From the IMG/VR virus record IMGVR_UViG_3300006409_000029: a stretch of DNA of 64,000 bases. One strand, 5' to 3'. Origin of the DNA: an uncultured virus (IMG/VR IMGVR_UViG_3300006409_000029) (Duplodnaviria; Heunggongvirae; Uroviricota; Caudoviricetes). This document shows positions 47,683 through 57,078 of this stretch, piece after piece. Positions within the stretch are counted from its first letter, which is position 1, and each line of letters starts with the position of its first letter. The position numbers were made by a program, and so were the translations under genes. The notes below the pieces were generated by a model. The model worked only from the letters and a program-made list of their open reading frames with translations, made no database searches and was not told the DNA's origin.

Positions 47683-49105
47683 TTATCAACTCCCCTAAGA
47701 CTCCGGTGGCCCTGTCCAGGGCGCCCACCATATGCACCGGAATCTTCAGTATTTTCGCAAGCTCGGTGAGGGCTATCTCCCCCAGCTCTGGATGCTGGGC
47801 GTTAATGGCCGTCTGGAGGACGTTATAGAGGACTCTCCTCTTCAGGCTGAAGAGGGGGTTGTGTCGGACATAGCACTCCGGCGCCCTTTCCCCGAAGTGG
47901 TCTACCACGAGCTGCCTCACGGCGTATTGATTGACGTAGGAGAGAAAGTCCAGGGCGAGGGTATCGCAGGCCGTGAGGTATGCCTCCAGGCGTCCGAGGC
48001 CCTCGTAATACGTGCGAGCGCCGCCGCGCTCAGGAGGGGTCTCGACGCAGACGAGCCCCCGCAGGATTTCGTCGTTGAGAGCCTCGATGCCGCGAGCGTA
48101 GAGGTCGCCCCGCCCGGTCACGTCGAGCTGGGTGATGTCCCAGAGCTTGTTGCCCCGGTCATCCCTCACCATCGGCATGGCGAGGGTGGTGAATTCATCA
48201 GTCTTGTGGAGGCGGTCTCCAAGCCACTGGAGGTTATCCACCTCGTCGCCATCCTCGTTGGTGGAACGGCCCGGAGGGGCCCAGCCTATCTTCGTCGGGG
48301 CGGCGTGCTTGCTGTAGTAGAGCATCCTCATGACCCATAGCTTGCACTTGAAGAACCAGGGCGCGTAGACGTGATTGAGGGCCGGCTCGCCCCAGAAGCC
48401 AGCCCGCAGGAAGTTGTGGGGATAGAGCCAGGCTTTCCAGGCCGGGACGTGTACCTTGTCAAAGCCCTTCTTCTGATAATAACCATTGAAACTACCATCC
48501 TCTGTGAGGGGAAGGCTGGGCACAATCGTTGTAATCTTATTATACCTGAACTCCTTATAGACCAGGGCCGGCCCGTCCCAGACGACCTCTCCATCCCTCT
48601 CGACGTGGATGTCCCTCACCTCCCATATCTTCTCGGCGAAGGCGGCGCCATCCACGAGCGCCTGCATCGCAATCTCCGTCAGCCGCCAGAGGTGCGGCTT
48701 GACGAAGACCTGCTTGACGAACTCAGCGATATTCGGGTCGCTGCATTCTACGAACGCCTCCTCCATCGCCGCCTTCACCGGCGCTGTCTTGATGGTGAGG
48801 CCATAATGGACGATGGGGTCTTTCCTCATCCTTTCGAGCGTCTCGTAGTCAATATCCTTGGCCTGATACTCCTCGGCCAGGATATTAAAGAGGGCCCTGT
48901 CGCCCCGGTAGGTGAGGGTAGCCAGGCGAGCGTCCTCCCGCCCCTTGATGGCGTCCCAGGCTTTCTGAAGGCGTCGCCTCCATGTATCGGGCTCGGCACT
49001 CAGCCTGGCGAGGTCGCTCCTCACAGCCCTCGTCAGCACGGGCCCCAGCGCCCTTGCCACGTCCTCCGGTATCTCCACAGTCACGGTTCTGTTTCTCATG
49101 CCCAT
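47588..49105 (-). CDS. Portal protein (Mu gp29/DUF935-like)
   Basis: M.KDP.V, AL..G.AFAE.IW, G...L..VY.PW..K, VRQLV..HFG. Confidence 0.85.
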   Translation of the reverse strand: MGMRNRTVTVEIPEDVARALGPVLTRAVRSDLARLSAEPDTWRRRLQKAWDAIKGREDARLATLTYRGDRALFNILAEEYQAKDIDYETLERMRKDPIVHYGLTIKTAPVKAAMEEAFVECSDPNIAEFVKQVFVKPHLWRLTEIAMQALVDGAAFAEKIWEVRDIHVERDGEVVWDGPALVYKEFRYNKITTIVPSLPLTEDGSFNGYYQKKGFDKVHVPAWKAWLYPHNFLRAGFWGEPALNHVYAPWFFKCKLWVMRMLYYSKHAAPTKIGWAPPGRSTNEDGDEVDNLQWLGDRLHKTDEFTTLAMPMVRDDRGNKLWDITQLDVTGRGDLYARGIEALNDEILRGLVCVETPPERGGARTYYEGLGRLEAYLTACDTLALDFLSYVNQYAVRQLVVDHFGERAPECYVRHNPLFSLKRRVLYNVLQTAINAQHPELGEIALTELAKILKIPVHMVGALDRATGVLGELINEAIGLLHAEGALDETGTSLSKGSPTPPRGA

Positions 49106-50778
49106 TTCAGCTCCTTAGCTCTATTAGTTGACGAGCGAATACTCATCGGCAGCCCCCAGTTCATCTCGCTCCTCTCCAATCGCCTCTTGTTGAGCATAAA
49201 GGCCCCGAAGCCTATATCCCTCGGCCCCCTCACCTCTATCTCCTGGAGGGTGAAATTGAAAAAGCGATTTTTGAGAATTTGCCTCAGACGCGTCACGGCC
49301 AGCCAGTAGGCCATGAGCACGTCATCCGTCTCGCCACGAGGCCACATGTGCATCTCGTAGATGAGCAGGTCGGTCAACTTGCGCGAGCGCTCATCTCCTC
49401 TGGGGATGACGTTGCGCTGCTGCTCCGTCAGCGTCGAGAGGGCAGGGATGCCGGTCTCAAAGCTGCGATTCACGTCCTGGCCCGTCCAGTGGGGAACGAT
49501 TATCATTCCGCTCTCCTTCGGCAGACTCTCGATGAAGTAGCCCTGGAGGGCATTCTGCTCGATGACGATTTCGCTGTCATAGCGCCTCCAGATGTCCACG
49601 ATTTTCTCCCACTGCTCCAGAAAGCGGGCCCCCTGCTTGCGGTAGATGTCGAGCCAGTAAATCTTCCCGTCTCTATCCACACCTAACGTCACGGCGGCGA
49701 AGTAGCTCTTGCCCTTCCCCTTGAGAGCGAGAGCCGGGTCTACCCCCGTGACCTTCACCAGCTCCGAGGTGTGGTGTTCAATGGGCAGCACCATCGTCTC
49801 CCGGAACTGACGCTTGATGAAGTCCATCGGGAAGTGGCTCTCCTCCTCGGACATGGGTCGGAGGAGATAATTGAGGTTGAACTGGACGAAGCCCTGGTCT
49901 CGCCTCATCTTCATCAGTCGCTCCCAGCTCCAGCGCTCCGGCCAGAGGACTATCTTCTTCTCGAAATTGAGGATGGCGGGGCTCTCGAAGACCTTGAAGT
50001 CCTCCCGTTTGACCAGCTCCGAGTATGGGTCGAAGAGGGCCTTGCGGGTGCCGACGATTATCTTCTGACCCTGTGGCTCGACCATCGAGAAGCTATCCTC
50101 TATCCAGCGGAGGGTTTTGTTGGCCCGGTAGCGAGTGGCGCAGTTATCGGGATTGCAGACATCATCGTAGATGACATATTCGGCGTGAGGGCCCACATTG
50201 CTGGAGCCGACTCCCAGCGTCAAGACGGTCTTGTCCTTCTCGATGAGGATACGGCCCGTGTGGTCTGTGGGCCTCCTCCTCACGGTGATGTGGTCGGTTC
50301 CCCATCCCCTATCTTGAGGGAGCTTGAAACCTTCGTAGCCCTCCCGAAAGGCGTCGCGATGGCTGAACCCCTCGACGATATAGGGATTGAACTCCAGATG
50401 GGCTTTAATGGCCGAGAGGAAGGACTGGGCCTGCTCCGCCACGCTGCTCAGGATGATGAAGCGGGAATTGCGGTCGCAGCATATCCTCCACGTCGGGTAG
50501 AAGATGGAATGTACCGAGGATTTCCCGTGGCCGCGAGCCGTGAGGTTGATATATGTCGGCTCGGCCACCAGTAGCCAATACCACCCATCCGGCACCTTCT
50601 TGTGGAAATCCGGGATGGGAAGAGGGGGCCTGATGAAGCGCTCCACAAACATAAGCAAACTCTTATGATGCCAGATGGCCCGGTCGTGGCTCCAGGCCGG
50701 ATATTCCAGCCCCTTCTTGTAGAGGGCTAAGACCAACTCGGCCCAGAGGGCCACCTTGTCCTTATCGTAGTTTGTCAT
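49096..50778 (-). CDS. terL: Terminase large subunit
   Basis: ARGHGKS Walker A, IYDD Walker B, VGTR, LWPE, GVDPA nuclease, IEQN, DD.LMA. Confidence 0.95.
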   Translation of the reverse strand: MTNYDKDKVALWAELVLALYKKGLEYPAWSHDRAIWHHKSLLMFVERFIRPPLPIPDFHKKVPDGWYWLLVAEPTYINLTARGHGKSSVHSIFYPTWRICCDRNSRFIILSSVAEQAQSFLSAIKAHLEFNPYIVEGFSHRDAFREGYEGFKLPQDRGWGTDHITVRRRPTDHTGRILIEKDKTVLTLGVGSSNVGPHAEYVIYDDVCNPDNCATRYRANKTLRWIEDSFSMVEPQGQKIIVGTRKALFDPYSELVKREDFKVFESPAILNFEKKIVLWPERWSWERLMKMRRDQGFVQFNLNYLLRPMSEEESHFPMDFIKRQFRETMVLPIEHHTSELVKVTGVDPALALKGKGKSYFAAVTLGVDRDGKIYWLDIYRKQGARFLEQWEKIVDIWRRYDSEIVIEQNALQGYFIESLPKESGMIIVPHWTGQDVNRSFETGIPALSTLTEQQRNVIPRGDERSRKLTDLLIYEMHMWPRGETDDVLMAYWLAVTRLRQILKNRFFNFTLQEIEVRGPRDIGFGAFMLNKRRLERSEMNWGLPMSIRSSTNRAKELKWA

Positions 50779-51238
50779 CGGTCGCCTCGACTGTCACCAT
50801 CTCTCCGCCAATGGCCTCGATATAGGTCTCAAGCTGGTCGATGAACTTATCGGCCTGCTCTATATCGACCTTGGAAAGTATCTCGCCCAGGTCGGGCCTG
50901 CCGGCGGTGGCGCCGGCGGTAGGCTCCTGCCCTAGATAGATACCACAGAGACCTATCCAGTCCGACTTCAGCTCCCTCATGGCCCTTATCAGCGAGGCTA
51001 AGCTCGCAGGGCTGCATTCGGGAGGCTCCTGCTGCCAGCGGGCCAGAATCCGCCCGATGACCGTAGTCAACTGCTGGGATAGCTTGCGCCACTCCAGGAT
51101 AGTCTCTGCGGCGAGGGCCAACTGCTGGCGGCGAAACTCTAGATATTTCGCCTCCAATTCAGCATGATGTGATATAAGCTCGTGCCTTCCCTCTCCGGCC
51201 ACCTGGATAGTGACCGGTTTTTTATCAAGAATTGCCAT
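50762..51238 (-). CDS. Probable terminase small subunit
   Basis: Helical 158-aa ORF overlapping the terL start. Confidence 0.6.
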   Translation of the reverse strand: MAILDKKPVTIQVAGEGRHELISHHAELEAKYLEFRRQQLALAAETILEWRKLSQQLTTVIGRILARWQQEPPECSPASLASLIRAMRELKSDWIGLCGIYLGQEPTAGATAGRPDLGEILSKVDIEQADKFIDQLETYIEAIGGEMVTVEATDDKLR

Positions 51239-51267
51239 TTGACAAATTTAGCAAAATATAGTATAAT
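51239..51267 (+). promoter_or_regulatory. Consensus sigma70 promoter (rightward)
   Basis: TTGACA-17 nt-TATAAT. Confidence 0.9.
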
Positions 51268-51286
51268 AGAGGCAGGTGGTAATCTA

Positions 51287-51315
51287 ATTATACCTCAAAA
51301 GGGAGGTTTGGGCAA
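51287..51315 (-). promoter_or_regulatory. Leftward promoter for the terminase operon
   Basis: TTGCCC-17 nt-TATAAT. Confidence 0.7.
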
Positions 51316-51513
51316 ATGGAGAAAAGTTTGGACTTTGAGGTAGGCCAGATAGTGAGGCACCGACTCCATCCTGGTCTTCGTGGCCGTATCATCGAAATGG
51401 AAGGGAGATGGGCCTTTTTGGAGTTACTTACGTATCCGAGCCATTTCTTCCACATGTGGTTTGCAAACAGGCCCATGCCCGTCCTCCTGGAGAACCTGGA
51501 GAGGGTGGAATGA
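51316..51513 (+). CDS. Small SH3-barrel protein (YccV/HspQ-like N-terminus)
   Basis: FEVGQIVRHRL..RGRII. Confidence 0.55.
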   Translation: MEKSLDFEVGQIVRHRLHPGLRGRIIEMEGRWAFLELLTYPSHFFHMWFANRPMPVLLENLERVE

Positions 51514-51851
51514 AGGTGGTTGGGTTCGACACCGGCACCCGCTATTGTGGGTGGGCCATCCTGGAGGATGGGAGGCTGTGCGATGCCGGTCGCTGGCATC
51601 TCACGGGCAGATTCCTCAAGAGGCTGGAGTTCCTGGCCTCAGAAGCCAGGAGGCTTCTCAGGGAGGAGCTGCCGGATGGAGTGGCTGTGGAGACGCCTTT
51701 CGTCCGCTATCCGATGGCCGCGATACAATTGGGAAAGGCCGTCGGGATAATCCTGGCGGCGGGGTTCGAGCTGGGGATTCAGGTGATAGAGGTCTCCCCC
51801 GCCGAGGGAAAGAAGGCCCTCACGGGGAGCGGCCTGGCTATCAGAGTTTAG
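51510..51851 (+). pseudogene. ruvC: C-terminally truncated RuvC-family resolvase
   Basis: VGFDTG, VAVE and SP..KKALTGSG.A present; stops before the final D..D helix. Confidence 0.75.
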
Positions 51852-52069
51852 TGATTCGGGACGCCCTCCGCCTCATGGCGGCGAAGAACCCTCCCGATAG
51901 GAAGGATGAGGTCTTGGAGACCCTCAAGAGGATTGAGAAGCTGCTCATCCAACAGAGCGAGCTTCTCAAGAAGGCAGCCTTTGCCGTCGAGGAGGGCGAG
52001 GAGCTGATTGAACTCGCCGAGGTGGGAGGCAAGTTTGAGATTGAGCCAGAGGAGTTCTACTTTGAATAA
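51836..52069 (+). pseudogene. Orphan 3' part of a gene (ribbon-helix-helix-like helix plus coiled coil)
   Basis: GYQSLVIRDAL..EVLETLKRIEKLL in another frame, with no clear start. Confidence 0.45.
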
Positions 52070-52089
52070 ATAGAGAAAGGAGGGGAAAG

Positions 52090-52869
52090 ATGAAAAGAGA
52101 CTATCTATCGAAGAGGTTTTCCATCCCGCTGTGGGCGCTCCTTGCGATTCTTGCCGTCTGCATCGTCACCCTGACGATACCGGATGAGGGGTCGTATTAC
52201 CACAAGCGGGAGCTGGAGGAGGCCACTCCTCCCCCGGCTTTCCTGGAAGTCGAGGCCCCTGGGGAGGTAGAGTCTCGCCTGATTGGTATTGACGTGAGCC
52301 AGTATCAGGGCGAGATAGATTGGGAGAAGGTGGCGGCCAGCGGAGTGCGCTTCGTCATCATCAGGGCCACGATGGGGCTGGGCGGCACCGACCCCAACTT
52401 CATCTCAAACTGGGAGGGGGCTAAGAAGGCGGGTCTCCTGGTGAGCGCTTATCACATTTTTTTCCATGATGAATCGCCCGTAAAGCAGGCACTCGCCTTC
52501 GTCCAGGCCCTCGATGGGAGGGAGCCGGATTTCCCCCTGGCGCTGGATGTGGAGATTCCGGCGCGGGGGAACTACGGCGCCCAGCTAGAGGATATGTGCC
52601 TTACAATGGAGATACTCACGGGCCAGAGACCCATGATATACACCGCCCAGTATATTTGGAACACTAACGTGGGCTGGGGCCCGAAGTGGCATCTCTACCC
52701 GCTATGGGTGGCGGACTACGATGCCGCCGCTCCCGCCATGCCCGATGGCTGGGAGAGGTGGAGCATCTGGCAATACTCCAATAAGGGCCGCATCTCCGGG
52801 ATAGAGGGCCACGTAGACCTCAACCTCTTCGAGGGAACTGAGGAGGAGCTGAAGAGGCTCGGAGAATGA
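52090..52869 (+). CDS. GH25 lysozyme with N-terminal TM/signal
   Basis: GIDVSQYQG.IDW, AYH, LDVE, LWVADY, WQY, VDLN. Confidence 0.95.
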   Translation: MKRDYLSKRFSIPLWALLAILAVCIVTLTIPDEGSYYHKRELEEATPPPAFLEVEAPGEVESRLIGIDVSQYQGEIDWEKVAASGVRFVIIRATMGLGGTDPNFISNWEGAKKAGLLVSAYHIFFHDESPVKQALAFVQALDGREPDFPLALDVEIPARGNYGAQLEDMCLTMEILTGQRPMIYTAQYIWNTNVGWGPKWHLYPLWVADYDAAAPAMPDGWERWSIWQYSNKGRISGIEGHVDLNLFEGTEEELKRLGE

Positions 52870-53405
52870 AACGGGCTTATCTGGTCTTTGGGCCCGAATC
52901 CAGCGGCACAAGGCTTATGACGCGCATCCTGATTCTGGCAGGATGTCAGGGGTCATGGGGGCACTATCAGCATTATGACCACCATTTCCCAAAGGACAGC
53001 CCGATAGTCTGGCGGCGCAGTGTCCCCCACGCAAGGCAATGGCCGGATATAGTGGACATGGTGACGAGCCTGCGCAATGCGGGCTATTCGGTAAAGGCTG
53101 TCGTTACCACCAGGCATTGGTGGCCCATGATTTGCTCCCAGGTAAAGGCCGGCTATGTCCCATGCTTAGATACTGCTCGCAAAAATGTCAGAAGGGCATA
53201 CCGTCACATCTTCAGCTCATTGGAGCAGGCCAATGTAGAGTACGTTATCGTCAGCTATGAGGCATTGGTGGAAGAGAGGGGGCCAGCAATAAAGGCTATA
53301 CTTAATGAATTGCAACTGCCCTCTTCTGCCGACATTGAGGTCGTAACAGAAAGGATTTTGAAAGAGATAAATCTGATAAATGCAAATCAAAAGCATTACC
53401 GCTAA
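52866..53405 (+). CDS. Sulfotransferase-like P-loop protein
   Basis: VFGPESSGT (5'-PSB-like), TTR....SQ (3'-PB-like), SYEAL; low GC. Confidence 0.65.
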   Translation: MKRAYLVFGPESSGTRLMTRILILAGCQGSWGHYQHYDHHFPKDSPIVWRRSVPHARQWPDIVDMVTSLRNAGYSVKAVVTTRHWWPMICSQVKAGYVPCLDTARKNVRRAYRHIFSSLEQANVEYVIVSYEALVEERGPAIKAILNELQLPSSADIEVVTERILKEINLINANQKHYR

Positions 53406-53431
53406 TTATCAATAGAAAGGAGGAGAGAACT

Positions 53432-53764
53432 ATGCAGACTTTGGAGAGAATCACCGATAGTTGGCAGGCAACTCGTCAATCCCCCGTCGTCGAGGTGGAG
53501 GTACACCTCAAGGACGATGAGGTGTTCGCCGTCTTTATTGATGGCGAGCCGATGGTGCTGAGGGAGGCTGGCTTCGCCACCGTCGGCCTCATCGCCGGCA
53601 CCGAGGTGGCGCTAAAGGCGAGGGGGTGGCCGGACTGGGCTATCTCCCAGGTGAGGCGGCTCCACCTGAAGGGAGTCTTGCCCTCGCTGAAGGGCAAGCT
53701 CCCGAAGTGGGAGGAGGCCCGTGAGGAGTGGGAAAGGGCATTTGAATACCTATCTCAGGAGTAG
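53432..53764 (+). CDS. Hypothetical protein
   Basis: AGAAAGGAGG RBS. Confidence 0.75.
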   Translation: MQTLERITDSWQATRQSPVVEVEVHLKDDEVFAVFIDGEPMVLREAGFATVGLIAGTEVALKARGWPDWAISQVRRLHLKGVLPSLKGKLPKWEEAREEWERAFEYLSQE

Positions 53765-53770
53765 AGCAGG

Positions 53771-54109
53771 ATGGATAAAAGGTTGCCCATCACATTTCTC
53801 ATCCCCGGCGTGGTGAGGACGCCCGGCATGGCAGGTTATATCGCCTATCGCCCAAAGCTACGGGGCTACCTCCATGACCAGATGGAGGCCCTGGCCTGTC
53901 TCCACATCGGAGGCCCCATCTCCATCGAGATGGAGGCCAACGAGCAACCCGGCTCCCTCGTGGGGCTTATAAACGCCTTCGTGGACGCGAGCAAGGGCGT
54001 CGTATGGGGGCAGGTGGTGACTGTGATGGAGATTAAGGCCAGGGTCATCCATCGGGGGAATGCCCCGTATCTCAAGGTGGTGATTAACAAATGGCAAAGG
54101 TCTCGATAA
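53771..54109 (+). CDS. RusA-fold protein lacking catalytic aspartates
   Basis: GPISIE..PGSLVGLINAFVDASKGVVWGQ..V.EI.AR parallels RusA PDxDNLxKxxxDxLxGxxWxDD. Confidence 0.5.
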   Translation: MDKRLPITFLIPGVVRTPGMAGYIAYRPKLRGYLHDQMEALACLHIGGPISIEMEANEQPGSLVGLINAFVDASKGVVWGQVVTVMEIKARVIHRGNAPYLKVVINKWQRSR

Positions 54110-54318
54110 ATCTGGACGAGATAAGCTCCATCCTCAAGCAAATGAAGGTCGTGCGGGGCGCTCCTTACTACGACCACGGCAAGCGCTCCCGTGAGGAGCA
54201 GAAGGAGTACCTCCGGAGGAAGGGCGCAGCCATCAAGAATATAGACCAGTGGAGATTGCGCCTCCAGAAGAAGGAGGAACGCCGCAGGGCGCGGAAGCGC
54301 AAATTTAAGATGAGGTAG
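54091..54318 (+). CDS. Small basic hypothetical protein
   Basis: In operon. Confidence 0.6.
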   Translation: MAKVSINLDEISSILKQMKVVRGAPYYDHGKRSREEQKEYLRRKGAAIKNIDQWRLRLQKKEERRRARKRKFKMR

Positions 54319-54319
54319 G

Positions 54320-54550
54320 ATGAGGAGGACGGCTATGGGATACCTTGTGGAGCCCACCTATTGGGAATACTGCCGTAAATGCGGAGCGCTGCTTGTCACA
54401 GTGCCGGAGAGCTTGTGCGGCTATTGCTCCGAGGAGTGTGGCGGCAACGCATACCTCCAGGCCGTCGAACGACATCATACCACCCTTGTCAGGCTTCTCC
54501 AAAACAGCTCCGACGGCTACATCCTTATCCCAATAGAAGAACCTGGATGA
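54320..54550 (+). CDS. Small Cys-rich zinc-finger protein
   Basis: CRKCG..YCSEEC. Confidence 0.65.
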   Translation: MRRTAMGYLVEPTYWEYCRKCGALLVTVPESLCGYCSEECGGNAYLQAVERHHTTLVRLLQNSSDGYILIPIEEPG

Positions 54551-54556
54551 GAGGGG

Positions 54557-55864
54557 ATGAGAGCAAAAGTTAACATCATAATCGGAGATTGCCGGCAGGT
54601 GCTCAGGAGTTTCCCCGATGGGTACTTCCACTGCTGTGTGACCTCCCCTCCCTACTGGGGGCTGAGACATTATAGGCTCCCCCCGCTGATTTGGGGCGGG
54701 GAGGGGGATTGCGAGCATGAGTGGGGAGACACCCTTAAACGCCGGCAGGTAGGAGGTCAGCTCAAGGGCTATTCCTCTCAATGGCAGCTCCCCAGCAGGG
54801 AAGCCCATCATGGCGGTACCGCCGGCCAGTTCTGCCAGAAGTGCGGGGCCTGGCGGGGGCAGCTTGGCCTGGAGCCCTCCCCGGAGCTGTATGTGGAGCA
54901 CCTCGTGGAGGTCTTCCGGGAGGTACACCGAGTGCTCCATCCGTCAGGCACCCTCTGGCTGAACCTCGGCCATACCTACATGGGTTCCGGCCAGGGGTGG
55001 CAGAAGGAGGACTCGTCGAGCTGGAGGAGGCAGTGGCTCGATGAGTTCGAGGAGGCCAGGAGGCAGGCCCCTACCCTTATACGCCACAGCCACTTCAAGC
55101 CGAAAGACCTGGTGCCCATCCCCTGGATGGTGGGGATGGCGCTTCAGAGGGAGGGGTGGTGGCTGCGGAGCGACATCATCTGGTTAAAGATTAACGCCTT
55201 ACCAGAGAGCGTCAAAGACCGCCCGACGCTGGCTCACGAGTATTTGCTCCTCCTCTCGAAGAGCCGAAGGTATTACTATGATAGCGTAGCCATCCGTGAG
55301 CCGGCGAAGGAGGTCAGCATCGAGCGCTTGAAGCGAGGGGTGGGGGTGCACAAGTACACCGAGGGCGCCCCCGGCCAGAAGCCTCACACGATACACAGGC
55401 CGAGGAAGAAAAATCCAGCCAGGCTCGTGCCCACCATGCGCAACAAGCGCACCGTCTGGTCGCTGGCCGTGCAACCTTTCAAGGGGGCCCACTTCGCAGT
55501 ATTCCCAGCGTCGCTCGTCCGCCCTCCCATCCTGGCCGGCACCAGCGAGAGGGGTTGCTGCCCGAAGTGCGGCTCCCCCTGGGAGCGTCTCGTGCGCAAG
55601 GCTTATAGCCAATACGAGGAGACCGTCACCATCGGCTGGAGTCCCACCTGCGATTGCGGGGAAGAGCCCGTGCCCTGTCGCGTCCTCGACCCCTTCGCCG
55701 GCACGGGCACGACCGGCCTGGTGGCCGCCAAGCTCTTTCGGGATAGCGTCCTGATTGAGCTGAGCCCCGAATATGGGCGCATGGCGGAGGAGAGGCTCCG
55801 CCGGGAACTCGGCGGCCTCTTCACGGAAATCGAGATAAAAACTTTTAGAAAGGAGGAGATATGA
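54557..55864 (+). CDS. N4-C/N6-A DNA methyltransferase (beta class) with zinc-ribbon inserts
   Basis: TSPPYW, HFAVFP, VLDPFAGTGTT. Confidence 0.95.
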   Translation: MRAKVNIIIGDCRQVLRSFPDGYFHCCVTSPPYWGLRHYRLPPLIWGGEGDCEHEWGDTLKRRQVGGQLKGYSSQWQLPSREAHHGGTAGQFCQKCGAWRGQLGLEPSPELYVEHLVEVFREVHRVLHPSGTLWLNLGHTYMGSGQGWQKEDSSSWRRQWLDEFEEARRQAPTLIRHSHFKPKDLVPIPWMVGMALQREGWWLRSDIIWLKINALPESVKDRPTLAHEYLLLLSKSRRYYYDSVAIREPAKEVSIERLKRGVGVHKYTEGAPGQKPHTIHRPRKKNPARLVPTMRNKRTVWSLAVQPFKGAHFAVFPASLVRPPILAGTSERGCCPKCGSPWERLVRKAYSQYEETVTIGWSPTCDCGEEPVPCRVLDPFAGTGTTGLVAAKLFRDSVLIELSPEYGRMAEERLRRELGGLFTEIEIKTFRKEEI

Positions 55865-56220
55865 AAGATAGCAGCGAGTTAATCTACATCACAATCCTAC
55901 TCCTGGTCTTCGTCATCATAGTGATAATCGTGGTAGGGCCGGCATCCTCGCCCGCGCCCGATACAAGTTCCCTCATCGAGTGTCTCCAGAGCGTGGGCCT
56001 CGACATGCGCGGCTCAGGGCGCCGTGAACTCCCCTCCGGGTGGGAGTGCAACGTCATCCTCGACCGTTACCAGGTCACGCGGGATGAGGCCCTCCAAATG
56101 GCGAGGATGGCGAAGCTCTGCGAACCCCGATGCCGTTATATCATCGTTGAATCGTACTGGTATACGAATGTTCGTTTTACCTTCGATGCGGAGGACGATT
56201 TCAAAGAAATAACGAAATAA
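55861..56220 (+). CDS. Membrane-anchored protein
   Basis: N-terminal TM, four Cys, RBS. Confidence 0.7.
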   Translation: MKDSSELIYITILLLVFVIIVIIVVGPASSPAPDTSSLIECLQSVGLDMRGSGRRELPSGWECNVILDRYQVTRDEALQMARMAKLCEPRCRYIIVESYWYTNVRFTFDAEDDFKEITK

Positions 56221-56252
56221 GAATTAGGAATTAAGAAAAGAAAGGAGGCGCT

Positions 56253-56453
56253 ATGAAAAACAGACTTCTAGAAATCGAGGCTATCTGGCGGGAGGACGCC
56301 AAGACGGGCGAGGGGGCCGTCACCGAGGTGGTCTTCCGGAGGGAGCGCTCCATCAGGCGTTACAAGCTCACCCCCTCCTCGCTGGTGCGCCTGATGAACA
56401 TAGTCCCCAGGGCCGATGTCTCCCTCTGGCTCACCCATGAGGACGAGCTATGA
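56253..56453 (+). CDS. Hypothetical protein
   Basis: AGAAAGGAGG RBS. Confidence 0.7.
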   Translation: MKNRLLEIEAIWREDAKTGEGAVTEVVFRRERSIRRYKLTPSSLVRLMNIVPRADVSLWLTHEDEL

Positions 56454-56740
56454 CGAACGACATCCTCTCCTACGGCGACCTTCGGGGGGAGGAGGCCCTC
56501 ACCGCCTTTGTAAGCGAGCGTGGCCTGGATGCTTTTCTCGCCGAGTTTCTATATCCATACGTCAGGAGGCTCTATCTCCATCTAAGCGAGGAGTTAGGGC
56601 GGGCCATCCAGCTCTGCTATCCCGACGGCGCCCCCGATGGCCTGGCCTATCTCGCCGTGCTCGACCTCTCCGAGCGTTGCAGGAGGTATGAGTCCCTCAT
56701 CCAGGCCCTCGAAGACTATCTCAAGGAGGAGGCCCCATGA
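56450..56740 (+). CDS. Hypothetical protein
   Basis: ATGA overlaps on both sides. Confidence 0.7.
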   Translation: MTNDILSYGDLRGEEALTAFVSERGLDAFLAEFLYPYVRRLYLHLSEELGRAIQLCYPDGAPDGLAYLAVLDLSERCRRYESLIQALEDYLKEEAP

Positions 56741-56940
56741 AGAGACTCACTTTCGCCCACTATCTCGACTTCGAGTATTACATCAAAAGGCATCACCCAG
56801 ACCTCTATCTCCGGTGGCAGCTAGATGCCCCTACCTATGTTTCCCTCATCGAGTGGATATGCATAGACTCCCCCTGCATTCTGGAGAGCTGGCTCGCCAG
56901 TTGCGAGGGGCTGGAGGACAATGACCGCTTCATAGAATAA
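56737..56940 (+). CDS. Hypothetical protein
   Basis: GGAGG RBS, ATGA overlap. Confidence 0.7.
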   Translation: MKRLTFAHYLDFEYYIKRHHPDLYLRWQLDAPTYVSLIEWICIDSPCILESWLASCEGLEDNDRFIE

Positions 56941-56958
56941 AATAGAAAGGAGGAAGCT

Positions 56959-57057
56959 ATGGAAACTCTATTCGCCATCGCCCTGGTCATTGCACCACTG
57001 GCGATGTTCTTGCTCGTCGTGACGCTGATAGTGTCCGTCCTAGAGCACACCAAATAG
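56959..57057 (+). CDS. 32-aa single-TM peptide
   Basis: AGAAAGGAGG RBS; METLFAIALVIAPLAMFLLVVTLIVSVLEHTK. Confidence 0.65.
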   Translation: METLFAIALVIAPLAMFLLVVTLIVSVLEHTK

Positions 57058-57078
57058 AATCAAAGAAAGGAGGCTGCT

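Noticed and set aside
5520..50574. Long plus-strand ORFs antisense to structural and GT genes (e.g. 5520-6647, 14755-15954, 32671-33873, 48371-49309)
   Set aside because: Typical high-GC shadow frames without RBS or motifs, opposite well-supported genes.
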